Under the pieces are notes generated by a model that was not told the DNA's origin, did no database searches, and saw only the letters and a program-made list of their open reading frames with translations. The translations under genes were made by a program, and so were the position numbers. Source: Opitutales bacterium (lineage in GTDB: Bacteria > Verrucomicrobiota > Verrucomicrobiia > Opitutales > JABSRG01). From it: 64,000 nt of DNA. Shown in pieces: positions 18,164 through 27,934 of this stretch; position 1 is the first letter of the stretch; each line of letters opens with the position of its first letter. The DNA lies in assembly GCA_013215165.1 (NCBI GenBank), contig JABSRG010000003.1, positions 17,794 through 81,793 of the forward strand, written 5' to 3'.

Positions 18164-19312
18164 GTGTCCGAATACTCAAAAGAAAATCCTTACCCTGCGC
18201 GCCTGACAGAAAATACCTTGCTCAACAAGGAGGGTTCGGCGAAAGAGACCTGTCATTTCGTCGTCGATCTCGGGGACAGTGGCCTCAGCTATTCCGCTGG
18301 GGATTCACTGGGGGTCTATCCAGAGAATGCACCCGATGCGGTAGAGGTGCTCATCAAGCAGCTTGGTTTTAATGGCGATGAGTCGGTCATACCTCCTAGG
18401 GGAGACACGGGGCTGCCGCTGCGTGAGGTGTTGGCTCGGCACTGCGCTTTGGCTCAGCCGACGAAGAAATTTATCATGACGCTCAAGGATAAGGTCGCTG
18501 GTGATGCCGCGCAGAGCGCACGTGTGGCGCATCTACTGGACCGCGCGAATTCCGATGAACTGAAGGCTTATCTCGCCGAGCGGGAGTTTGCCGATCTGCT
18601 CGAGGACTTTCCGGCGGCTACGTTTGAACCACAAGAGTTTGTTAATGAGCTGAAGCGCCTCACACCTCGACTCTACTCGATCGCATCGTCGCCGGCTAAA
18701 TATCCCAATGAGATTCATCTCACGGTAGCGATTGTTCGCTATCAAACCAACGGACGCGATCGTATCGGTGTCGCATCGTCCTATTTGGCTGATCGCGTGG
18801 AGCTGAATGCGCCGACCATTCCAGTTTACGTGCAGAGTTCTCATTTTCGTCTGCCTGAAGATCCTACGGCAGATGTCATCATGGTCGGCCCTGGGACCGG
18901 TGTCGCACCATTCCGTGCATTCATTCAAGAACGTGTGGCTGCAGATGCATCGGGACGTAATTGGCTTTTCTTCGGCGATCAGAAACGTTCCTTTGACTAC
19001 CTATATGAAGAGGAGATGGAAGCTTACGTGGAAGCGGGCAGTCTCGACCGCCTAGACCTCGCTTTCTCTCGTGACCAAGAGCAAAAGATTTACGTCCAAG
19101 ACAGAATGCTAGAGGGTGGGGCTGAGCTTTGGGCATGGCTTGAAAGCGGCGCCTACTTCTATGTCTGTGGCGATGCGTCGCGTATGGCTAAAGACGTCGA
19201 ACAAGCACTCCTAACCATTGCCTCCACCCATGGCGGACTTGATGAAGCGGGTGCGAAAGAATTCCTAAAGCAGCTTCGGAAGGACAAGCGCTACCAAAAG
19301 GACGTATACTAA
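18164..19312 (+). CDS. CysJ/CPR-like FAD- and NADPH-binding oxidoreductase (flavodoxin domain absent)
   Basis: FAD motif RLYSIASS, NADPH motif MVGPGTGVAPFRAF, and the C-terminal YQKDVY typical of sulfite reductase flavoprotein / CPR reductase domains. GTG start. Confidence 0.75.
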   Translation: MSEYSKENPYPARLTENTLLNKEGSAKETCHFVVDLGDSGLSYSAGDSLGVYPENAPDAVEVLIKQLGFNGDESVIPPRGDTGLPLREVLARHCALAQPTKKFIMTLKDKVAGDAAQSARVAHLLDRANSDELKAYLAEREFADLLEDFPAATFEPQEFVNELKRLTPRLYSIASSPAKYPNEIHLTVAIVRYQTNGRDRIGVASSYLADRVELNAPTIPVYVQSSHFRLPEDPTADVIMVGPGTGVAPFRAFIQERVAADASGRNWLFFGDQKRSFDYLYEEEMEAYVEAGSLDRLDLAFSRDQEQKIYVQDRMLEGGAELWAWLESGAYFYVCGDASRMAKDVEQALLTIASTHGGLDEAGAKEFLKQLRKDKRYQKDVY

Positions 19313-19341
19313 TCTAAGAGATTCATTTCAGAAAGCACCTT

Positions 19342-20088
19342 ATGAGCGAAGCAACAGAACAAAAGATAGCCCTCGTCACTGGCGCGGGCCGCGGCATTGG
19401 CAAAGCGATTGCCCTCCAGTTGGCGCAAGACGGTTTCAAAGTAATTTGCGTCTCCAAGAGTGAAAGCTCCTGTGGGAGTGCGGCTGAGGAAATACAGGCG
19501 GCCGGCTTTGATGCGGTGGCCCTGGCAGTGAACGTTTCTGATTCTGTTGCCGTCGAAGCGGCCTCGGAGTCCCTCTTAAAAGAATATGGTACTGTCGATG
19601 TGCTGGTAAACAATGCCGGTATTACGCGTGACACATTGCTCTTTCGCATGAGCGATGATGATTGGGATTCCGTTTTACGCACGAATTTGTTCAGTTGCTT
19701 TTACTGGTGTAAGCACCTGACTCGTCCTATGACCCGCAAACGTTGGGGCCGCATCGTAAATATAGCGTCGGTAGTGGGACTTATGGGCAATGCTGGCCAG
19801 GCTAACTATGCTGCCGCAAAAGCCGGTATGATCGGCTTTACCAAATCGCTGGCTAAGGAGTTTGCGGCGCGCAAAGTCACCGCCAATGTCGTGGCTCCTG
19901 GTTTTATCGAAACAGATATGACTCAAGACCTCTCAGACGAGGTGAAGAGCAAGGCAACCGAGTTCATCCCTCTCAAGCGTTTCGGCGCGGTGGGAGATAT
20001 CGCATCCATGGTTTCCTACCTGTGCTCCGAGCAAGCTTCCTTCATCACTGGCCAGACTTTTACCGTTGACGGCGGCATGGTCATGTGA
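19342..20088 (+). CDS. fabG: 3-oxoacyl-[ACP] reductase
   Basis: SDR motifs TGAGRGIG, NNAG and YAAAKAG. Directly upstream of acpP-fabF. Confidence 0.9.
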   Translation: MSEATEQKIALVTGAGRGIGKAIALQLAQDGFKVICVSKSESSCGSAAEEIQAAGFDAVALAVNVSDSVAVEAASESLLKEYGTVDVLVNNAGITRDTLLFRMSDDDWDSVLRTNLFSCFYWCKHLTRPMTRKRWGRIVNIASVVGLMGNAGQANYAAAKAGMIGFTKSLAKEFAARKVTANVVAPGFIETDMTQDLSDEVKSKATEFIPLKRFGAVGDIASMVSYLCSEQASFITGQTFTVDGGMVM

Positions 20089-20124
20089 TCCCTCACTTAA
20101 CCTCTCTTTTTAACCCTTTTTACT

Positions 20125-20367
20125 ATGTCAGACAAAACTATCGAACAACGTGTTAAGGACATCATCGAAAGCCAGCTCAACGTGAACCCTGAGCAAATTA
20201 CCTCGGAGGCTTCATTCTTGGATGATCTCGGCGCTGACTCTCTAGACACGGTTGAGTTGATCATGGCGTTTGAGGAAGAATTCGGTGACGAAATCCCTGA
20301 GTCGGATGCTGAGAAGCTCCAGACTGTCGGCGATGTGGTAAAATACATCACCGCGAAGCAGGGCTAA
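20125..20367 (+). CDS. acpP: acyl carrier protein
   Basis: 80 aa with the phosphopantetheine attachment motif [19 protein letters not shown]. Confidence 0.95.
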   Translation: MSDKTIEQRVKDIIESQLNVNPEQITSEASFLDDLGADSLDTVELIMAFEEEFGDEIPESDAEKLQTVGDVVKYITAKQG

Positions 20368-20377
20368 GCCTTGTTGG

Positions 20378-21634
20378 ATGAGCACTCCTGACGCGAGCAG
20401 ACGCGTAGTGGTGACCGGAATCGGGGTCATCAATGGACTCGGTCTGCACATAGATGAATTCTTTGGAAATCTTGTCGCTGGCAAGTCAGGCATTGGACGT
20501 ATCACGCGTTTCGATCCCACTGACTACCCAAGCAAGGTGGGCGGCGAAGCGAATAATTTTGAGCCGACCGATTTTATTGATGCCAAAGAAGTCCGCCGCA
20601 ATGACCGCTACACCCAATTTGCCATAGGTGCCTCACGCCGTGCCGTCGAGCATGGGACTCTCGACCTGACCCAAGTCGACAAAACTCGCTTTGGTGTCCT
20701 AGTGGGCTCCGGCATTGGCGGCATGGAGACGATCGAGGAGCAATCAGCTAAGCTATTTGATGGAGGCCCACGTAAGGTGTCGCCATTCATGATCCCATCC
20801 CTGATCGCCAATATGGCGTCTGGAGTGGTGGCGATTGATCTAGGAGCTCGGGGGCCCAACTTTTCTGTGGTAAGTGCCTGTGCTACGGGATCCCACGCCA
20901 TCGGCGAGGCATTCCATATGATTCGCCGCAGTGACGCCGATGTTATGATCGCTGGCGGTAGTGAAGCTGCGATCACGCGTCTGGGCTACGCAGGATTTTG
21001 CAAAATGAAGGCGATGGGCACCTCGTTTAACGATGATCCCGAACGCGCGAGCCGACCCTTTGACACACAGCGTGATGGATTCATCATGGGTGAAGGTGCC
21101 GGTGTCCTTCTACTTGAATCGTTAGAGCACGCTCAGGCTCGCGGAGCAAAGATCATTTGCGAAGTGGGTGGTTATGCGGCGACCTGCGATGCGTTCCATA
21201 TTACTTCGCCGGACACAGAAGGTAAGGGTTTGAGTAGCGCCGTAGATCGTGCGCTCAAGAGCGCCGACCTGAAGCCGGAGGATGTCGACTACATCAATGC
21301 CCATGGCACCTCGACGCCTTATAATGACAAGTTTGAGACCCTCGCGGTCAAAAATGTCTTCGGCGAACACGCCAAGAAGCTCATGATGAGCTCGACCAAG
21401 TCGATGACGGGCCACCTTTTGGGAGCTGCCGGAGGCATTGAAGCTGCGACGATTGCGAAGGTCATTGAGACCGGAAAAATTCCGCCAACGATCAACGTCG
21501 AAGACCAGGATCCCGAGTGCGATCTCGATGTGGTGGCTAACGAGTCGCGCGAAGCGAAAGTCGATGTGGCCATGAGCAACAATCTGGGCTTCGGTGGCCA
21601 GAATGCGTCTTTGGTGTTTAAGGCTTTCGCCTGA
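20378..21634 (+). CDS. fabF: beta-ketoacyl-[ACP] synthase II
   Basis: 418 aa. Active-site region VVSACATGSHAIG, and His motifs INAHGTSTP and TGHLLGAAG. Confidence 0.95.
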   Translation: MSTPDASRRVVVTGIGVINGLGLHIDEFFGNLVAGKSGIGRITRFDPTDYPSKVGGEANNFEPTDFIDAKEVRRNDRYTQFAIGASRRAVEHGTLDLTQVDKTRFGVLVGSGIGGMETIEEQSAKLFDGGPRKVSPFMIPSLIANMASGVVAIDLGARGPNFSVVSACATGSHAIGEAFHMIRRSDADVMIAGGSEAAITRLGYAGFCKMKAMGTSFNDDPERASRPFDTQRDGFIMGEGAGVLLLESLEHAQARGAKIICEVGGYAATCDAFHITSPDTEGKGLSSAVDRALKSADLKPEDVDYINAHGTSTPYNDKFETLAVKNVFGEHAKKLMMSSTKSMTGHLLGAAGGIEAATIAKVIETGKIPPTINVEDQDPECDLDVVANESREAKVDVAMSNNLGFGGQNASLVFKAFA

Positions 21635-21659
21635 ATTTAGTTTTTAACTTTGCTGCGGG

Positions 21660-22106
21660 ATGGTGGTCTATTTGGATTGCGATGTTGATTTGAAGGCGCG
21701 CTTGGTTGATGGGTGGCCCCAGATTACCCCCAAACATTGGCACTTGGAAAATGGTTTTACTATAGTGGCGATGGATCGGGACGAAATAGTAGGCTTCATC
21801 AGTTGTTATCCCAAGGCGTTGAGGCCGCCGCTTGAAGATTCTGAGGAAGGATTTATTGATGCTATCGAAGTGACTCCTTCTCGCCGAAACCAAGGAATCG
21901 CGACTGAGCTCATCTGTCGTTCATCCGAGCGGCTCAAGGAGTCATATGATGTAATTCAGATCAGTGGGTGGTCTTCGGAAGACAAAATAGAAGCGATTCA
22001 CTTGTGGAAGAAGCTTGGTTTTGGTCTATGTCCGACACAGACGATCTCAGGAATGACTGGAGAATCGATCAAAGGCTACAAGTTCGCGCGCTCTTTGCTC
22101 GCCTAA
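21660..22106 (+). CDS. GNAT-family N-acetyltransferase
   Basis: Acetyl-CoA binding pattern IEVTPSRRNQGIATELI and the C-terminal LWKKLGF motif. Confidence 0.75.
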   Translation: MVVYLDCDVDLKARLVDGWPQITPKHWHLENGFTIVAMDRDEIVGFISCYPKALRPPLEDSEEGFIDAIEVTPSRRNQGIATELICRSSERLKESYDVIQISGWSSEDKIEAIHLWKKLGFGLCPTQTISGMTGESIKGYKFARSLLA

Positions 22107-22136
22107 TTTTTTTAGACTCTATTTAGCTAGGCTGCC

Positions 22137-22847
22137 ATGTATCGAGTTTGCCTAGTTTCCGTTCTATCAATCATCTCTTGTTCGCTGCTATTTGGGCAGA
22201 TCAGTCAGAGTGAGTATAGCGCGTTGCTCCCTGAGTTTACGTCGCTTCACGGCTCATCTTCGCTGCCGGTGGCGGGTATGACCTTTGACGATGTAGAATC
22301 GACCTTTGGTCCGCGATTTCAGCAGTCTACCAGTCAATATGATTTTCATCGCGGTATCGACGTCGATGGGACCGAGGGGGACGACATCCTTGCCGTAGCT
22401 GATGGGGTGTTCTGGGAGTATCGTGAATTTGATGCGGGAGGGCACACCGTCATCTTACGGCATGATTTCGACAGTACGGTGACGCTCAATGGACGGAGCT
22501 ATGATCACTATTACACCTATTATATGCACCTTTATGACCCTGGCACTCTGACGGTGATCAATGGTTGGCAGGAGGAGAAAAACAACACGGGTCTGGGCGA
22601 AGTGATCACTGCGGGCCAGCACATCGGCGAGATGGGCAGTAGCGGGAGCTCAGGTGGGCTACCCTATGCCGACCACCTTCACATGGAGGTGCGCGTGGGG
22701 ACGACAAATAGCCTAGCTTATCAGCTCGAAGACCTGAGCCGCACGCAACATGGTTTCGATCCACATCTGCACCCGATGCTGTTCTTTGAGCCGGAAACAT
22801 TTGGTGGACCGGACTATAGCCCGACAGCGATGTCACGTGCTTTATGA
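22137..22847 (+). CDS. M23-family metallopeptidase, probably the 5' part of a frameshifted gene
   Basis: Signal peptide. M23 zinc motifs HRGIDV and HLHMEV. The frame ends at TGA 22845-22847, while the adjacent +1 frame continues as a coding-looking sequence. Confidence 0.8.
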   Translation: MYRVCLVSVLSIISCSLLFGQISQSEYSALLPEFTSLHGSSSLPVAGMTFDDVESTFGPRFQQSTSQYDFHRGIDVDGTEGDDILAVADGVFWEYREFDAGGHTVILRHDFDSTVTLNGRSYDHYYTYYMHLYDPGTLTVINGWQEEKNNTGLGEVITAGQHIGEMGSSGSSGGLPYADHLHMEVRVGTTNSLAYQLEDLSRTQHGFDPHLHPMLFFEPETFGGPDYSPTAMSRAL

Positions 22848-23274
22848 AGTCAATGATGAGCAGCCGCTGCTCAACCGGATCGAGGTGGATATTGTTGATG
22901 TAGGTGGTGATTCCATTGAAGACAGCCATGTGCTCGACTTTAACCTGCGCATGGGCTTTGACGCATCGACTGTAGATGATCTTGATACGCAGGCGGTCCT
23001 TTTGCCGTATATCGACCCGATCTTATTTGGAGACAGTGCTTCGAGCTTTCAGACAAACATCGTCGTTCCAGAAGACTGGTTGGATGGCTATACAGACGGT
23101 GACTATCGCGTTGATCTGCGAGCCATCGATATCTGGGGCAATGAAACGAGCTTGAGTATCCACGCGGTGCCGGAGCCCGCGCATGTGGGGGCTATTTTGG
23201 CTTTGGTTGTTTTGTTTTGGTCAGCTCGCAGGCGGGATTGTCCAAATAGAGGTGGACGCCCTGTGTGTCGTTAA
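22750..23274 (+). CDS. PEP-CTERM-anchored segment, probably the 3' part of the M23 gene shifted by +1
   Basis: Protein-like sequence begins around 22838 (VLYEVNDEQPLLNRIEVDIVDVGG). It ends with a PEP-CTERM sorting signal: VPEP, a hydrophobic helix AHVGAILALVVLFW, then SARRR. This frame has no signal peptide of its own. Confidence 0.55.
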   Translation: MVSIHICTRCCSLSRKHLVDRTIARQRCHVLYEVNDEQPLLNRIEVDIVDVGGDSIEDSHVLDFNLRMGFDASTVDDLDTQAVLLPYIDPILFGDSASSFQTNIVVPEDWLDGYTDGDYRVDLRAIDIWGNETSLSIHAVPEPAHVGAILALVVLFWSARRRDCPNRGGRPVCR

Positions 23275-24089
23275 AGCGCCGCCAGCCACTCAAGCAGGTC
23301 ACGGCCCCAGGGCAGGTTTGCACCGAGTCCGCTGCCATGTGTTGAGCCTGGGTAAGCATGGAGAGTTGAGGAGACCCCCGCTTCGGTCAGGGCGCGGTAG
23401 AGCTGGATGGAGTTTTCGATGGAAACTGCGGGGTCGAATTGCTCGTGGGCGATGAAGCATCGTGGAGTGTCGGCTGTAACTGCCTTCTCGATAGACACGC
23501 GCTCTGCTAATTCTTCATCTGGTTCTGGGCCGAGTAAGTTTTTGCGGCAAACGGCATTCATGTAATGAGACGCCAGCGCCATGCTTACCACCGAATAAAT
23601 TATTGCGAAGAAATTCGGAGTGCAGGATACACTATCAAGATCGTCCCCAATGACTCCCTCGGGATGGGAGGCTTGAGTCGCTGTCATACCCGCTAGGTGC
23701 CCGCCGGCTGAAAAACCCATTACTCCGACTTGATCGGTTGCCAGCCCATCTTGATCGCCAGCCCACTTACGTAAGAGACGTAGAGCACGTTGAGCATCGA
23801 GAAGTGGTACGGGATATTCCTGGGGTGCATGTCGATACTCCAGGACCGCGGCGGCGATTCCGTGAACGGCAAGAAATTGAGCTGGGCGGTGGCCTTCTTT
23901 GGGTGTAGAAACCATGCTGTAACCCCCACCGGGCAAAACGAGCATACTCTGTCCGGTCCGATGCTCGGCGCTGGGGAGATACATGGTCATCCGAGGAAGG
24001 ATGCCGTCTTCTACTGAATCGTAGGGCGTGTATCCTTTCGGCCAAACATCGCAGGGCTCTGGAAGGTTTATAGGAGGATCAGATCGCAT
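23271..24089 (-). CDS. alpha/beta hydrolase (esterase/lipase-like)
   Basis: Oxyanion region LVLPGGGY, nucleophile elbow GFSAGGHLA, and a C-terminal His region. Confidence 0.8.
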   Translation of the reverse strand: MRSDPPINLPEPCDVWPKGYTPYDSVEDGILPRMTMYLPSAEHRTGQSMLVLPGGGYSMVSTPKEGHRPAQFLAVHGIAAAVLEYRHAPQEYPVPLLDAQRALRLLRKWAGDQDGLATDQVGVMGFSAGGHLAGMTATQASHPEGVIGDDLDSVSCTPNFFAIIYSVVSMALASHYMNAVCRKNLLGPEPDEELAERVSIEKAVTADTPRCFIAHEQFDPAVSIENSIQLYRALTEAGVSSTLHAYPGSTHGSGLGANLPWGRDLLEWLAAL

Positions 24090-24264
24090 GGGTTCGTTTT
24101 AGGTTAAAGGAGAATTTGTGAAAGGTAACAACATCTAGGTTTCAAAGAAGTCGCATGGATTTCCAGATAGAATTAGAACTTTGTCGCAGTCAGATATTCG
24201 AATTTGCCAGACGCTGCTTTGTGACGTGACGTGTCGGGAGAGTTTTTGAGTAGCGAAATACACT

Positions 24265-24651
24265 TTGATAATAACCCAATCTTTGACCACATCTACTTCG
24301 GAATGGAAGCTGTCTGAGCGCGCAATTTTGTATCCCTACACAGATGAAGAGCAGGCATTGAGGATGCGGAGTGAGGACTCTCCTTGGTTTTTGCCGTTAA
24401 GCGGCAACTGGAAGTTTGCCCTCTATCTCGAGGTGGAATCGGTCGATTTGTATCACGGTCTCATTGGGGTAGATAATGAACAGTATCTCTAGGATCTGAA
24501 CGCTTATGCTCTTTGCTGGAAAGTATTAGTCAATGGTGCGACGATCCAGTCCGGGCAGTTTGTTGACTTGATCGCTGCCGCAGGCGAGTCTTTGGGCGCA
24601 GTATTTTCTGTAGCGACAGCACTTTCCGTATTGCGCAGATTCCGCAAATAA
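24265..24651 (+). pseudogene. collapsed remnant of a GH2 beta-galactosidase gene with an in-frame TAG
   Basis: Residues ERAILYPYTDEEQALRMRSEDSPWFLPLSGNWKFALY match the N-terminal pattern of LacZ-type GH2 enzymes. The frame hits TAG at 24490-24492, then continues in the same frame for 52 codons (ALCWKVLVNGATIQSGQFVDL) to TAA 24649-24651. A full-length enzyme would be about 1000 aa. Confidence 0.5.
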
Positions 24652-24677
24652 GTGCTCGGCAATTTTTATTATCTCTA

Positions 24678-24709
24678 GCCTCTTTGGGAAACCCGAAGGG
24701 GCTTTTTTT
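24678..24709 (+). terminator. rho-independent terminator downstream of the GH2 remnant
   Basis: Stem GCCTCTTTGGG / CCCGAAGGGGC (two G-U pairs), loop AAA, followed by TTTTTTT. It pairs better on the + strand than on the - strand. Confidence 0.6.
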
Positions 24710-24710
24710 C

Positions 24711-25532
24711 CTAATTCCAATTAGCGATTAGCCATGCTGTCAGTGTGCCGGCGGACTTCGCCGCGATGGGGCCGTATTTGAGATAGTCGTCGCTGGGTTT
24801 AGATTGGGCCCGGTTGCTCCCAGAGCGGACGACTAAGTGAGGTACCTCAAACTGTTCGCAGACCAGAGAAAAGGTAGCCGACTCCATTTCCATGATATCG
24901 GTTTCTAGGGAACGGAGCTGCTCGATTTGGCTATCGGGTACACCGAAGAAGTCTCCAGAGGCAACTTTACCCGACGCGATAGTAACGGGGTAGGTTTTAC
25001 CGTCCACGGTTACCTGGTGTGGCTCATAGGTCTCAACCAGAGCTAGAGCCTTAGCATGCATCATGGGTGTAATGACAAAATTGTTCGGTTTAAGCGGAGC
25101 TTTATTTTTGACGCCTGGTGGTTGTAAGCCTGCAATGAAGATGCCGTCATCGCTCAAGCTACCGTAGTCGTGGAGGAAGACATGGCTCGGGATAATGATG
25201 TCTGCTGTGCGGATATTGTTGGCGTTGATGCGTGCTCCCGTGCCTGTCATGAAGGCCATCGATGGCTTAAATTCATTCAAGAACATAGCCACCACCATTG
25301 CGGTGTAGCTCTTACCGACACCCGTCGCAGTTACGATCACGTCTTTGCCGGCCAAAGTGCCCCGTGTATATTGAATGCCTGAAAGCTCGCCCGATTTCGC
25401 GTCTTCCAGTTTTTCAATGACTGGAGGAATTTCTTGGGGAACAGCTCCAAAAACGATGATCGGTTGGCCGTGCGACAATAATTGAAGCACCAGAAACCCT
25501 ATTAAAAGAAGTGAAATACGAAGCGTCTGCAT
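24711..25532 (-). CDS. exported nucleoside phosphorylase-family protein (MTA/SAH nucleosidase-like, PNP_UDP_1)
   Basis: Signal peptide. Motifs TATGVGKSYTAMVV and MEMESATFSLVC resemble Pfs/MtnN-type nucleosidases. Confidence 0.7.
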   Translation of the reverse strand: MQTLRISLLLIGFLVLQLLSHGQPIIVFGAVPQEIPPVIEKLEDAKSGELSGIQYTRGTLAGKDVIVTATGVGKSYTAMVVAMFLNEFKPSMAFMTGTGARINANNIRTADIIIPSHVFLHDYGSLSDDGIFIAGLQPPGVKNKAPLKPNNFVITPMMHAKALALVETYEPHQVTVDGKTYPVTIASGKVASGDFFGVPDSQIEQLRSLETDIMEMESATFSLVCEQFEVPHLVVRSGSNRAQSKPSDDYLKYGPIAAKSAGTLTAWLIANWN

Positions 25533-25793
25533 GCGATGCCGTCAGCACTTGGTATTCCAAGGATTCGTTCGCTCACAGTTCGCACTATTATCATTGATCA
25601 ACGATTTCTCGTGCGGCTAGGTAGATTCCTGCGTGACGACAAGAGCTCGCTCCTGGCAATGAAGGTGGAGCAAAATATTCGAGGGATCCCTGACAAGCCG
25701 GGGGTGACATTTGATCTTTGGCAGGCTGGAGCCAAAAAAAATCCTCAAGGAACTGATTCCTTGAGGATGAATTGTAGGACGCTTGTCCAGAAA

Positions 25794-27650
25794 CTACTTG
25801 GCTGCGTTTTCGAGCAGCTTGTAGATCCGAGCGATCATGTCTTTGGGATCTTCGAGGAGGCCGGCAGCCATGCGGGCGTTATCGAAGATTTGGGCGACGA
25901 TCACCTTAGCATCTTCGGCGCGGTCGATGTGGCAGGCGGCGAGATTTTTGATGAGCGGGTGGCGCGGGTTGATTTGCAGGGTGACGCCTTCTTCGGGTAA
26001 GTTGGCATCTTGCCCCATCTGCTGCATCATCTGGCGCATCTGCTGAGACATCATTTTGTCGTCAGAGAGGACCACAGCTGGACTGTCAACCAGGCGCTTG
26101 GAGACTTCGACTTCCTTCACTTGGTCGCCGAGGGCTTCTTTGATCCAAGCGGTCAAGTCTGTGGCCTGTTCTTCGGGGAGTGCTTCGCCGGTTTCGGCTT
26201 CGGGAGCGTCACCGAGCTCGAGGTCTTTTTGGTCACCTGCCACGAGCTTCTTCTCGTCGAATTGCCCCAGGTGCTGCATGACAAATTCGTCGATGGGTTC
26301 GTAGATATAAAGCACTTCCAGACCGCGTGCTTTGAAGGCTTCAAGGTATGGACCGGCTTCGATGGCTTCGCGATTTTTGCCGTTGAGGAAATAGATTTCC
26401 TTTTGCTCGTCTTTGGCGCGATCGAGATAGGCCTGAAGGCTGGTGAGCTTTCCCTTTTCGGTCGCTGAAGATTCGTAACGGAGCAGTTTGCCCAAGCCTT
26501 CGCGGTGGGTGAAATCAGTGGCGATACCTTCCTTCAAATACACGCCGAAGGTATTCCAGAATTTAAAATACTCTTCTTCCTTCTTTTTCGCCATGTCGCC
26601 GAGGTGCTTGAGATAGCGTTTTGTGAGCACCTGGTTGAGCTTGGCGATGAGCGAGCTGTCTTGCATGGACTCGCGTGAAATGTTTAAAGGAATGTCCGAG
26701 CTGTCGACGACGCCCTTTAGGAAGCGCAGCCATTCGGGCAGGAGGCCGTTGGGTTTGCTGTCGATTAGGACTTTGCGGCAGTAGAGGGATACCCCGGGCT
26801 CGGTGCGGCCGAAGCCGAGTTTTTCAGGATTCTCTGAGGGGCAGAAGAGGAGGGAGTTGATGGCCAGGGGGGCATCTGCGTTAAAATGTAGCCAATGCGA
26901 TGGCTCGTCCCAGGCATTGGCCTGAAATTTATAAAACTCTTTGTATTCGTCTTCGGTGACTTCGCTTTTGCTGCGTAGCCAAATGGCTTGCACGGTGTTA
27001 ATCTTTTCGTCGCCGAGGGAAATTGGAAACTGAACGAACGCGCTGTAGCGTTTGATGATCTCCTTGAGCTTCCAGTCCTTGGCGAACTCTTTGTAATCAT
27101 CCTTGAGGTGAACGATGATTTTTGTGCCGCGGTCGAGAGAGTCTTCAGTGGCTTCGATGGTGTAATTGCCGGCACCTTCGCTGGTCCAAACTAGGTTGTC
27201 GCCTTCTTCGCGCCAAGAGCGTGTGAACACTTCGACTTTATTGGCCACCATGAAGGCGGAGTAAAAACCGACTCCGAATTGTCCGATGACGTTCTCGTTT
27301 TTTGATCCACCTTCTTGAAGCGCCTTGAGGAAGGCTTTCGAGCCCGAATGGGCAATGGTGCCTAGGTTCTCAATGAGTTCATCACGAGTCATACCGATAC
27401 CGCGGTCGATAAAGGTGATGGTGGCTGGGTCCTCCTCAAAGGAAACGGAGATTTCAAGATCTTTTCCCGATTGAAATACGGGGTCCTCGCCGAGCTCCAG
27501 ATGGCGTAGTTTTTCCGTGGCATCCGATGCATTAGAAATCAGCTCCCGAACAAAGATCTCTTTGTCAGTGTAGAGCGAGTTGATAACGATATCAAGGACC
27601 TGCTGAACTTCAGCTTGGAAGGAGAATGTTTCCGGTGTAGCAGTAGACAT
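25794..27650 (-). CDS. htpG: molecular chaperone HtpG (Hsp90)
   Basis: 618 aa. The N-terminal ATPase signature FQAEVQQVLDIVINSLYTDKEIFVRELISNASDA and GQFGVGFYSAF are diagnostic. Confidence 0.95.
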   Translation of the reverse strand: MSTATPETFSFQAEVQQVLDIVINSLYTDKEIFVRELISNASDATEKLRHLELGEDPVFQSGKDLEISVSFEEDPATITFIDRGIGMTRDELIENLGTIAHSGSKAFLKALQEGGSKNENVIGQFGVGFYSAFMVANKVEVFTRSWREEGDNLVWTSEGAGNYTIEATEDSLDRGTKIIVHLKDDYKEFAKDWKLKEIIKRYSAFVQFPISLGDEKINTVQAIWLRSKSEVTEDEYKEFYKFQANAWDEPSHWLHFNADAPLAINSLLFCPSENPEKLGFGRTEPGVSLYCRKVLIDSKPNGLLPEWLRFLKGVVDSSDIPLNISRESMQDSSLIAKLNQVLTKRYLKHLGDMAKKKEEEYFKFWNTFGVYLKEGIATDFTHREGLGKLLRYESSATEKGKLTSLQAYLDRAKDEQKEIYFLNGKNREAIEAGPYLEAFKARGLEVLYIYEPIDEFVMQHLGQFDEKKLVAGDQKDLELGDAPEAETGEALPEEQATDLTAWIKEALGDQVKEVEVSKRLVDSPAVVLSDDKMMSQQMRQMMQQMGQDANLPEEGVTLQINPRHPLIKNLAACHIDRAEDAKVIVAQIFDNARMAAGLLEDPKDMIARIYKLLENAAK

Positions 27651-27749
27651 AATTATAGGGTTTTGAGTAATGAAAGGTATGGGATAAAATCAATACGTTG
27701 GTGCTTTTCAAGCGTTCTGTGCGTGATAGCCACCCAAGGGATATATGAA

Positions 27750-27842
27750 GGGGCGAAGTGATGATTTGTAGGGCGATCGTAAGAGCGATTGCCGTAGGGT
27801 GGGTCAAAGCTCAACTCAAGCAATGGCTGTCGCCATCACTCT
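27750..27842 (+). repeat. family-2 interspersed repeat, shorter copy
   Basis: Aligns with 49685-49795 and with the reverse complement of 35033-35143. The shared core is TGTAGGG(C/T)GATCG..AGAGCGATTGCC...TCAAAGCTCAA.TCAAGCAATGGCTGTC(G/A)CCATCACTCT. Confidence 0.65.
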
Positions 27843-27934
27843 CCACGTGAGATTTGAGTTAAACTCAGATTATGCAATGGGTCCGGTCGCATTCCTAACC
27901 GGGAGTATCGTTTCTTAATTGCTCTCGAGAACCA

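Noticed and set aside
24526-24720. A 64-aa minus-strand ORF between the GH2 remnant and the nucleosidase gene.
   Set aside because: It spans the + strand terminator hairpin and overlaps the remnant frame. It is Cys/Arg-rich with no motif, so it is likely spurious.
27677-27712. Sigma-32-like heat-shock promoter upstream of htpG (CTTGAAA ... CCCATAC on the minus strand).
   Set aside because: The spacer between the two hexamers is about 22 nt, against 13-17 nt for the established sigma-32 consensus. I cannot support it as a functional promoter.
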